Origin: Antedon mediterranea
Lineage: Eukaryota; Animalia; Echinodermata
Assembly (NCBI RefSeq): GCF_964355755.1
Contig: NC_092670.1
Location: 38,242,388-38,306,387 of the forward strand
Direction of reading: 5' to 3'
DNA: 64,000 bases
Shown: in pieces, positions 50,943 through 62,900 of the stretch
Layout: each line of letters opens with the position of its first letter
How positions within the stretch are numbered: the first letter of the stretch is position 1
The notes under the pieces: generated by a model
Told to the model about the DNA's origin: nothing
The model's input: the letters and a program-made list of their open reading frames with translations, nothing else
Databases searched by the model: none
Translations under genes and position numbers: made by a program

Positions 50943-53900
50943 CTGAAAAATAAAATAACAGATTAATTTTAAAAAAGTGTGGTGTGCCCAAATATGGTAG
51001 TGATATGACATCATCATCTAATTCCCACCTTGACCAGAGGAAAGGCATGGGCCAATATGTCTGAGGCAGATACTTGATGCAGGGGCTGACATAAGAGTCA
51101 GCAGTGCTGATTTCAAATGCTTAATGGGAACCCAGCACCATATACAGCACCCAAGCTCTAACCAGGCCCAATGTTGCTTAACTTTGGTGATCTGACGAGA
51201 ACCGGTGTTTCAACGCGGTAAAGCAGTAATATTTTATTTTTTATCATTTATGACTTACCCACCATTCCTTGTCAGCTTCACCTATAACTATTATTATCTC
51301 ACCATCTTGGAACGTCAGCTCATCTTCATAGTCAGCTTGACAGTCGTACAGTGCTTTCACTCTCTTTTTTTGTGCCTAATAAAAGTTAGTTCATAGAAAT
51401 TTTTTTATCCATTTACCAGATATCCACAATGTGAATGTGATTGGTCGAAATGGCATCATGACTCACATGTGTCACAGTATTCTTGTCTGCAATATTTTTG
51501 GTTGCTATATGAGAATTGCCAAAATTGCCATTCCTTAAAAAAATGTGTATTTCCAAACATGAAAACTAGTTACCTTAAAGATGTATTGTCCCCCAAAAAC
51601 ATGAAAAATGAAGATTAATAAAATGAGACTATTAATTATGCTATTTTAACAAAGTTAATCACTTCCATAGAAAAAAAAAAATAAAAATAATGTTTTCACA
51701 TATAATGACAAAATAAATGGTTAAATCCAACAAAAAACCAATTGGCTAGCAGCCAATTTGACCATTTTTTGCTTTGCATTAAAGTTTTTTCAGGTATTAA
51801 AATGAATTTTGTTTGGATAAAATTTTTGGTCAAAGTGGATAATTATTATGTGACATTAAAAAGGCATATTCATCAACAAAATTAAAAAAAACTGGTCATA
51901 GGCACCAGTGGACGACAAAAAGGAAACCTATTTTTCCTTCATTGGCGATTCTCATATAGAATTAAAACTAAGCGGTAATGATAAGAGCTTGACAAAAATT
52001 AAATATGTATAGTAAATAAATATGCTATTTTCACTATGAATATGATTCCATAATAAATGATGAAATGAAATTTGTTTTGTACAGTACAATGTTCACCTGC
52101 TTGTATTGTCAATGGTTATGTAATTACAATTTCGCATAATTATTCTATAATGATATGGCTATTATTAGACCTATTTTCAATATACTGTATTGAATACGCT
52201 GAATTAAGTATAACGAAAATCTGGCCATCACATCATGTACTTACCAATGAAAATGTCAAAGTATAGAATTACATAATTGCGTGCCTGAATTAATTCAAAA
52301 CTGTATGACAGTTTCCGATTGTATCTTAATGTTTGGATATTGAAATGCAGAATAAATTTACAGAAACAGCATCCCTCGCAAGAACAAAGCGATCATGCAA
52401 TTTGAGATCTTCCGTGAATTAAATACCACTTTCGAGAATTGGTTTTAGTGGTAAATTACAAATTTATTTTTAGTCTTAAATTTCAACATATTTTTTTGTA
52501 TATTTGAATCAATTGTGGTCATTTATTGAAGGACAGGATGAATTTATAATAAACTCTTTCAAATTTTGTTTGTGTTGATAGAATTATTGATACATTTTTT
52601 AACATACTTACGTAAGAGTGAAATAATTCCACTCTTACCTGGTCTTAACTAATACGGTTATTTGTATGTATATTTCTAGAAATTGTTTGTTCCATGAGAA
52701 AGCGTACCCTTGATAGGGATGTCTCAAATGTTAATGTTGTGTTGTACAAATATTGTTTTGCTGTTTTTATAATAAAGGATGTACGGTCCATTTAACCATG
52801 GATAAATCAAACCTGCTTATAATTGTGGAAAGAATGGTTTAAAATAAACAACATGTTAAAATAATGTTGATGCATATCCGATGTTTGTTACGATGATGAC
52901 GACTTCAATTTAGTAATCAAATACTAACATTTAATGAAAAATAACAAGTTGCGGAGAATTAAACCATGTGAAGAAAAACAGCTTAAATTTCACATGGAAA
53001 TGGTTGGCTGTTTTCAATGAAAATTAAGTGCACAAAGGTATATGCATGAAAAATAGCTGTGCTGACACAATAGAATGTCTTTACTGATGTAACATATAGT
53101 GACATAACCAGGACTAATAATCTGAATAACTAAAGCCTTGTCTCCACTATCAAACTTTATTTGACAAAAACATGTGATGTGCCCATATATGGACATGATG
53201 ATGTCATATCACCTCCACATTTGAGCATATCACTACCATATTTGGGCACATCATCTTTTTTTTGTCAAACTAGTTTGATAGTGTAGACAGAGCTGTAATG
53301 TTTTTTGAAGGTGAAATTACTGGAAATTGAAATGTTGCCAGTGCATACATGCCAACACTCCCGTATTTTAGACTTGTCTCCTGGCCTAATAGTGTGCTTC
53401 CACATTTTCTCCCGAATTACAAAGATAACTGAATTTTTATGTATATGTGTGGTTTATTGCATTAGAATATAACAAATAACACATAATGTCTTTATATGGG
53501 CATATCTCATTTTTGTTGTCACATAAACTTTGATAGTGTAGACAGAGCTTCTACACTATAAAACTAGTTTAACAAAAAAAGTGTGATATGCTCAAATATG
53601 ATAGTGATATGACATCATCATGTCCATATCACATTTTTTTGATAGAGTAGACAGAGCTTTAAATATATCTATGCATTTAACAGATCTAATGCATGCTTAC
53701 TTGTGAATACATCTTAGGTGATGGCTTGTCTACGGTGACTTGTGGCTGGGGACTAGGTGGTGGAGGACAAGTTGGCCTTTGTAACGTTGATTGTCGTTGT
53801 ACCGGTATGGCAGGTGGCGCTACACTTGGCCTCACTATTCCATCGTGTTCTGTTATTGATCCTTGTCTGGCTACCGATCTACTGGTCATCTGTGGCAAGT

Positions 53901-56900
53901 TTTCAGTGGATTTGGACAAAGCTCTGGGCGGTACTATATATAAAACAAAGGAAAATTAATCCATCATCATCTGCTGTTTAAAGAATTACCTGTTTTTACC
54001 TGGATGACTGTAGATATTTTGAAATAGCTGATTCAATAAATCGATAGAAATCTCTATTCTGCATAATTCAATATGTATATATTGTTCTTCCTTGAAGTCC
54101 AGTTAACACTTAAGCTCTCTCTACACTCTCAAACTAGTTTGACCAAAAAAGTGTGATGTGCCCAAATAATATGGTAGTGATATGACATCATTTTGTCCAT
54201 ATATGGGCACATCACACATTTTTTGTCACAAAGTTTGATAGTGTAGACAGGGCTTTACAATAACAAACACACAATTAAAAGGAAAAATTATAAAAGACGA
54301 CAGTTTCACAAGAAGCAAGAAAAAAAGAGCTATACATCTAGTGATGGATTAACTCAGAGATTGACAGAGAGATTATATTGAAAGTTTTTAAACCAAAATC
54401 ATGTTGTAGGACTAAAGTGTTTTTCGATACTCAAGTTGACATAAACGCTATAACTGTTTATCGATAAAAATATTCTTTAATATTTTATTTTTACTGAACC
54501 ACATACAGAAATATACCTTTATATAAATTGATATAACTTTAGTGTTGTGTAAATGCATATAGCATTGTATGTGCTCAGAGTAAGAGTCTAAAGAATGTAT
54601 ATGTGCAAAAAAAGAACATCAGTGACGTAACAAAAGACATTAAATTGTATAATTAATATTATTAGAATCTAATAGAATCTACAAAATATTATCCACATTC
54701 AAAATCTAACTAAAATGATCCACTAAAGCCCAATTCAGACTATCACATTTCATTTGAGAAAACAGAACAACACCAATAGTTTGAAATTGCTCTAGTGTGT
54801 GGACAAGGCCCAAAGAAGCCTTACAAAATTAATACTATTACATTGGTGAATAGTATAGATATCATATATATTCATAATAATATAATAGTCATTATGCCCA
54901 AATATAGACATATCAAACACAAGACATATCAAACACAATGTGAAAGTCTGGACAAAGCGTAAAAATTAGCAGACTATATTAGTTACTTACTAACTGGTGG
55001 TCTGCCGTGTAGACTAGCAGGACGGCCATGCGATACGCAAGTCGGTTTTGGCGCTAGTGGTGGCGGCATGGGATCATCTTTGTCTAACTTTCCTGCTAGG
55101 TCAAAGGGCACAAATAAAAAAATGTCATGCAGTGAGCAAAGAAAATAAAATGTGGGTTAAAAGAGGTTAAACAAATATCCTTACTAGCCTCATTATTTAA
55201 CTCTTCTTTAAAAATTCATTTCCCATCTCTTCTTTTTTACATATAATTTTAAAAAAAATTGTATAATTTGCTTTTAAAATGATACAAAATCTTGGTTCCT
55301 TATTTTGTACATTGAACATAGAAATCTTCAATGATATAACTCTTTAATACTGCAGTTACTGCAGAAAGGTTGTACTCATCAAACTGTATACAGTAAATTC
55401 TGCAGTATTAATACATAATATATAATAGGACAGCTGCCAGATATTTCCAATATAAGGTGTTTTGTTTAAACGAAAATTAAGAAATATAATTAGCTATTTT
55501 TATATCCTCAAGCACACACATGAGACAACATTGTAAAATTAAAAAGGATTAAGTTAAAATTACTTAATATGTAGTCATAATTATTTCTTGACGACAATAA
55601 CATTTTTTACAAAATAAATATTTGATTACTTGCATACCGGCATATTTTTATTGTAGTTAAAATTTAACTTTTAAGTATTTCTACTAAATAATTGTCTTTA
55701 TCCAATTGACATAAGTTATCGTTTTGAAAATTGTATATAAAATATCTAAAATGTTGGATTTTTTTTGTGTAGCATGCAACCATACTATAGAGAAATGTTC
55801 TTATACCTGGAATTCTAAAATACATCGCAGTGTGGACTTGAAAGGTGGCAGAAAACCTTTGTATATGGGTTGTAGATTGTCTCGCCATTCCTTTGAATGA
55901 GAAAACAGTTTGCAAGCCTTGATCTTGCCTTTGCCCCCAAAAATTTGTAATTTTTAGATTTGATAAATTTAGCTTTTTTATGCAAATACGCTTATACATT
56001 ATAATGATTCAAAACAAAGCATTTTATTGGTCCACTTAAAATGGAAATCTACTTTGCTTGGCTTATTAATAAACCAAATAAATACAAACTGAATGCTAGG
56101 CCCAAAGAACAAAGTAGTCTTGATGAAGGGGTAGAAAACATTTTAATGGAAATAAACATTTTCAGGTAGTGGCTAAAGGCAAGGACTCTAGGCAAGAAAC
56201 TGATAGACCTAGCCTTTTATGACCTATTCACTACCGGTAAGGTAAGTAGGCATTCGTAAAGGCTTGCCATAATGGTTACGTTACCAACGAAATGGCTTGT
56301 TATCACGACACGTCCGAGCACTAGTATTGTTTATTATTTATAAGGAAATTTCTTATTATTCAAATTAGTTATGATTTAGAAATAGAAATCATTGTTAAAC
56401 TTTTGTATCTATGAAAATTATGAAAGAAATTTCAGTTTAATAAAGTTTAGTATAATAAAACTACAGTTATATAGGAAATACAGTATACAGTATGTATTGA
56501 ATTGTAACATTAATTTTGCCCACTAGACGTGAGCTTATACCAGAGTTAAAAAAAAAATGATGTCATCACCGATACAAACACGCCACTTATTCAAGCATCA
56601 CATACAATAAACCAGACAAAACACAACGTTATTAAAAAACCATGAATTAATAAATTGGAGATTATATATTAAGCAATATACTGAGAAGATAATGATGACA
56701 TCATCACGATTTCATCATGATGATGATGTTATCAAGCAAAAATAGTAACATTGAAAAAAAGCATGAAATGATACAAAATCAGTAATGTGAAGATTATGTT
56801 TAATATGCAATGTATGAATATATAATATAAACGATTAAAATTTGATTTATTTGTGCAAATTTATGTAGTGACTTAGACAGTTTGGAGTTCACCCAGAGGT

Positions 56901-59900
56901 TAAGTCATGGATTCAAGTTTATCTATTTACATCTGTCTTGAGAAATATTTAAAACATAATTTTAAAATGTAGGCCTTCTTTGAATATAATTGTGGTATGG
57001 TGGTTATAGCATGTGCCCTTTATTTCCAGGGTTAAAGGTTCAATAAGTTTGGTCTCAATGTATGGATCAGTAGGTACTTTTCAGAAGTGAAATGTATGTT
57101 GAACTACTATAGGGAAAGCATATTTAAGCACTATGAAGAAACAGCTATCAGAAGATGTTCTAGAGGTAAACTAATAGGACAGATGGTGAGGTCATAGTTC
57201 ACAGAGAAGTATGGAAGAGTTGATTTATTATGTTCTGATGGTTTGTCCAACAGTAAGAAATCAGGTCAAAGGTCATGCATACCTGTAACGGATGATCCCC
57301 GAACTGGGGGAACGGGAAGAACCTGGTTAATAAACGTGTCGGACGTTGTTCGTTTATGACCGTTGGGGGCGTTAAGGGCAGTGGGTTTCTTCTTTTGTAC
57401 TTGTGCAGCTATGATATAGGAGAAGAAATGGATGTTAGTGGTATTATTTCATTAAGTTACTTGGCATGCAGTGCAGGTGCATTCACATGCAAATGCATAG
57501 TTCATCAGCATAACAGAGGGGGTAGATTTCATCACTGGAACAGTCATTGCAACAGGCTTGCTTTGCAAAAAAAATAGTTAATATGTTAATTATCAAATTA
57601 CAATTTTAATGATTAAACACTGGAAAATACATATATATATTTAAAGAAAAATTTTGAATATATTAATAACTAAAAAATTGATTATTGTCATTTTTTAAAG
57701 AAATTTTATACCAATTTGTTTTAGTGAGTTTGAAATACTTGGCTTTACTTCGATTCAATTTACTTGTGAAGTTCACAATCTATAACACAATTATTTCAAT
57801 TATTGATAATGATATTAAATAAATATTAACTAAATTGGAATTGATGTTTTAAAATTAAAATATAATTTGGTATCTGATTATTAGTAAGGTATTCATTTTC
57901 AAATTAAAACATATTTTTCAAGTTTCATTTATTTTAAATTTGGTTACAAATGAATAATATTACAAGCAAATATATAACATGAACAAGTGCAATGATAAAT
58001 ATGGACAAAGAATTGTGCATAATTAAAAAAACATACGGTCACATGACCAATTATAAAAGAAGTTACCAAAAGATGAAAATATTGGGCTGTAATTTGCAGC
58101 ACAAAGCAAGTCTTGTTGAAGGAAAGAGATGTTTTATTTAGTAGTTTGGTCAGCAGGCAATTTTTAGTAATATCATGCAGTGAAGCTATAGTCTCAATGC
58201 CTAGCTATCTCTTTGGCATAGTTAATGGGCTAGCATCAAGCTCAGGAGCTGTAGGCTACCCAAAGGAGAAAGAAGCTCTAGGCCATCCTAGGAGAAAGGA
58301 GCTCTGGGCCATCCAAGTAGAGGAAGGAGCTGTAGGCTGCCCAAAGGGGAAAGGAACTCTAGGTCAGCCTATGAGAAAGGAGTTGTAGGCTGTCCAAGGA
58401 GCTCTAGGCCATCCAAGGAGAAAGAAGCTGTATACTACCCAATGAGCTCTAGGATGTCCAAGAGCAAAGAGCTCTATGATGTCCCAGAGCAAGGAGCTCT
58501 TGGATGTCTAATGAGCAGAAATGTAGGGGTACTAGACCATAGGAACCTTTCTTTCTCTATAAAGCCATAGAGTATAGCTAGGCAAATGATTTAGCTATTC
58601 CAAATTCAAGCTTGTGTTAGTCACTTGAATTTAGAAATTATGTTAAAATATCACATCAATATCTTTACACTATTATAAAAAAAGCTGCAAAAATAGGAAA
58701 GATCAGGTTATTATGGTGAAATATGTAACATCATTTTAATGTAACATTTAAAATTAATAATTATAAATGTGATATAAATATTGACACTTTTTTTTAATTG
58801 TTATTGCTAATTATTATAGTTATATTATAGTGTGTTTTATTTCCACTCAACGAGCTTTAAAAAACTGTTATTAACAATAACGAAATGTTTTTCCCATGTA
58901 CTTTTTTGTACAAAAAGGTTAGTTGATTTTCTTACTTCGTCTTGGAGGGACCGGAGGAGCATGACTTGGTCTGGTCAGCACAGATGTGGATGCTTCTCCA
59001 TCGGTGCTATCTGATTGTAAACGATCTCGCCTGTCTGAGGAAGACCTGTGATGGAATCGTGGGCTTACGGATCCACTTGGCATTACACTGTTTGGTCGTC
59101 GTCTTGATGGAGTTGTCTATAAAATTGATTAAAATTCTAGTTTACATTTTCAATGACATAGAAAAATTAGGTTAGGTTATAAAAGCAACAATCAGAATAA
59201 TCTAAGATGGCACAGTTAATGATTTTTATAGATCCTTTCTGTTCCATTACTTCATGCTAATGTCAAATTAACTTTAGTAAATTGGGTTTTTAACCAAACT
59301 CCTTACCTTATTACTAGTCAGCTTTTGCGACAAAACTGTCAGTGTCTTAAATTACTAACCCTTTTGTTTATGGTCCCGATGTGAAAGATCCCAAAACCTG
59401 TGGCCATGGGGAGGGGGTTTGAGGGTTCAAACAAACCCCTGAAGTTCCCTTTTAACCAACAGCAGAAGTAATGGTAAATAGGTCAATTGTTTGCCCCTTT
59501 TGTGAAAAAATGGACCCCCCTTGTAAAGAAAAAACCAGCTTATTCACTATTCGTTAGGCTCTGTCTACACTATCAAGCTTTATGTGACAAAAAAATGTGA
59601 TGTGCCCATATATAAACATGATGATGTCATATCACTAGCATATTTGGGCACTTTACCACCATATTTGGGCACATTAAACTAGTTTGATAGTGTAGACTGA
59701 ACCAAGCCAAGAAAGTATGTTTGATATTTACCCTATTTTCATCCAGATCATCATCACTGAAATCAACAGCATCATCGCCATTGGCTGTTGACAGACACCA
59801 CTCAATGTCGACATTCTCACACTGGATAAACTTGTCTTCTATTGCCTGCTCCAGTAACTCCTTACACTCCCAGAAATGGAACCTGTTTGCAAGATCCAGA

Positions 59901-62900
59901 GCAGACTCTCCAGAATCATTGGCTGTAAAGAGAAAAAAAACAAAACTATACAGGTCACAACAATTATACCACCGGATCTACCATGATTTGTAGTGTAAAG
60001 CGAAAAGGTCTTAAGCTTTGTCTACACTATCAAAGTAGATTGACAAAAAAATGTGATGTACCCAAATGTGGCTGTTTATGTGTGAGTGTTCTATTCTTGC
60101 AGTATAAGATCATTGGTGGTAGTAGTAGTAAGTATTAGTAGAGAGTTTGTGGCAATCCATAAATAATATGATATACAGAAACTAAACCAGAATACAAAAG
60201 TCACTCCTGGGATTGAAAAGCAATCATCCTACCACAAATTTAACTACAATTCATTCAATACTGAAATACTCACCCATGGAAATATTAGCTTTTGCCTTTA
60301 ATAACAGCTTCATGCTCTCTTGTTTGTCTTGTATTGCACATAAATGAAGCGGGCTGTTTCCATCTCGCATCTTCACATCTAAATTACGACTATTTTGAAC
60401 GATAAAATCAACGATGTGTAGGTTCCGCTTGCCTTGTTTTTCTACAGCTAAATGCAGTGCCGTTTTTTGCTTCAACTAAAGTAAGATAAATAAAACGATA
60501 TTTTCAAAAATTGCAATATTAAACTCTTTCTATTTCAAACAAGTTTTTTATTAGTTTAAATTATTGCCACTTCTCGTCTATTTTAATTTATGTATAGTGC
60601 ATTGAGAGCTTGCTTATATGCGCTATATAAGAATGAACTATTATAATTATTATTTATTCTTCATGATTCCAACCTGATCAGAAACTGAAGTTAAGTCGGT
60701 TCCATCTGTAAATACTCGTAGAAGCAACGAGAGATCTGACGTAGTGACAGCTTTCTTTAGATCTTGAAGACTATCCCCTACATTTGCCACTTTCAAAGCA
60801 TATTTATGATCAATATACTTTGCATGGATGAAATCTTTTCTCATCTCCCTAAAAATCAGATGAAAACCAGACAATTATTTGAGTGAGTAAGGTAATTTTT
60901 TAATTATTTAACTGGAGTTGCTACAGCAACTAAACATACAAGTTTAGTGTAAACCAATTGGTAGGACTCGAAATATATTTTACTTATACTGGGCGACCTC
61001 TTCAGTCAAAGACTGATCTCCCAGAGGGCCCAGTTATGATCAGTGGCTGTGTGTATACTAGTACACCGGGGTAACCCCCCCCCCACTCATCTCAAAAGAT
61101 GTACTAGTTCTTTAAAGTGCACATGAGCTAGATGTGTACACTAGACCTACGGTTTATAGTCCTTATCCGAGAAAACTTGTTGTACCACCAGAACCATGGA
61201 GCGAGTGAGCCTTCGAATCCTTGGGGATGTTATGGTTACGTAATTACGATTCCACTGTCTTAACCGGTCTGTCACTCACTAAAGATATATAACTGCGCTC
61301 GATCAACTTACATTGAACTGCCTTTTACAGGTTTCATGTCCAACTGCAAAGAGCCCTCTAATACCTCGTTAAATGTCGCATTTCCCATTTTTCTAGCAAT
61401 AACGAGTTGCGCTGTCGTTAGTCTATCTAACTCTAATGATTGTACACGTGAAATGTGGACTCCCATCTCACGATGAATCCCTGAACACTCGATACATGTT
61501 AAAATTCCTAGATTTGTTGAAAGCCATTTTGGGTCTGTAAAAAATTTAAATAAAGTAAATAGCAGACAAATCTATTCATTGTTTTGATTCAGATTACTGT
61601 ACATTTTTTGTTTCCATGCCAACCAGATGTTTTTAAACTGAGCTCTGTCTACACTATCAAAACTAGTTTGACAAAACAAGTGCGATGTGCCCAAACAGAA
61701 ATAGGCACACAAGTCTGAAATATATTCTGCAGAAGATAGAACAATATCGAAACCATTTTCCTTTATTTAGTATAAAAATCCACCTTTACAATTAACATAG
61801 TTGCAAGTTCTAGGAAGCCATCACATTATCAAATAGTTTGTAAAGCTCTGTGACAAGAACATGTGATGTGGCCATATATGGACATGATGATGTTATATAT
61901 AATTACCATATTTGGGCATATTACTATCATATATGGGCACACCACACTCTTTTTGTCAAACCAGTTTGATAGTGTAGACAGAACTTAAGACTATATAGAT
62001 TTTCATATTGCTTTGAAGTTCAGTCTTTTGGGTGTCACATCAACCATGTTTCTAATAAGATGTCACTAACCTTCAGAGTTACAATCGCAACATATGTGGT
62101 TGCCAGGTAATTTAGTGATTTCGGTTACAATATTTTGGGTGAGCTCTTGTAGACTGTTCTTTTTGGTATCCCCATCAAAGACTACTTCTAAAGCGTTCTT
62201 TTTACTGTTATTTAAAACAGAGATCCATTCTGTCGCCTCTTCTTCGGTTTCAGCCATAAAGTGGTAGGTTCGATCACCTTTAAAAAGAATTATTAACATA
62301 AAATTATTGTTTTTGTTTCATAATTCATCAATTATCTTCTAAAAGTAATAACTAATTACGAACTAAATAAACACTGTAATTATACTCATTATCGTTAACA
62401 ACAGTTTTGAAAAATCTGTCTAGACTATCAAACTAGTTTGACAAAAAAGTGTGATATGTCCAAATATGGTAGTGATATATCCAAATATGGTAGTGATATG
62501 ACATCATCATATCCATATACATGGTCACATCACATTTTTTTGTCACATAAAGTTTGATAGTGTAGACAAAGCAGTACTGTTTGCACAACAGTATTCTGAC
62601 TGGCAGTTATCAATATTTTTACTTATGTCAACATAATTTAAAGTGCTTAAGTGAAATACTGAGGCTTTATTTATCAATTCAGTTCCTTTTATCTTGTAAT
62701 GGAGTTTATCTTCTAAGATTTAAGAAAAAAATGCGTACAAAATATTTCATTGCATCGTTTTGAAAACTAACTAAAAAGCAAAATCATTGATTTGAAGTGT
62801 ATTAAATCTGACCTCTGGTCAATAGAGCTTCATAAAATTAAATTCTTGACTTAAAATTTTTAATTAATGTGCCCCTCAAATGGAAAATTGTAAATATAAA

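Noticed and set aside
51148-51220. Functional 5S rRNA gene
   Set aside because: The first ~11 nt and the 3' third, including an intact box C and terminator, are missing or diverged
53693-59993. Plus-strand ORFs at 53693, 53757, 57356, 58832, 58942 and 59721
   Set aside because: Antisense shadows of ASAP exons
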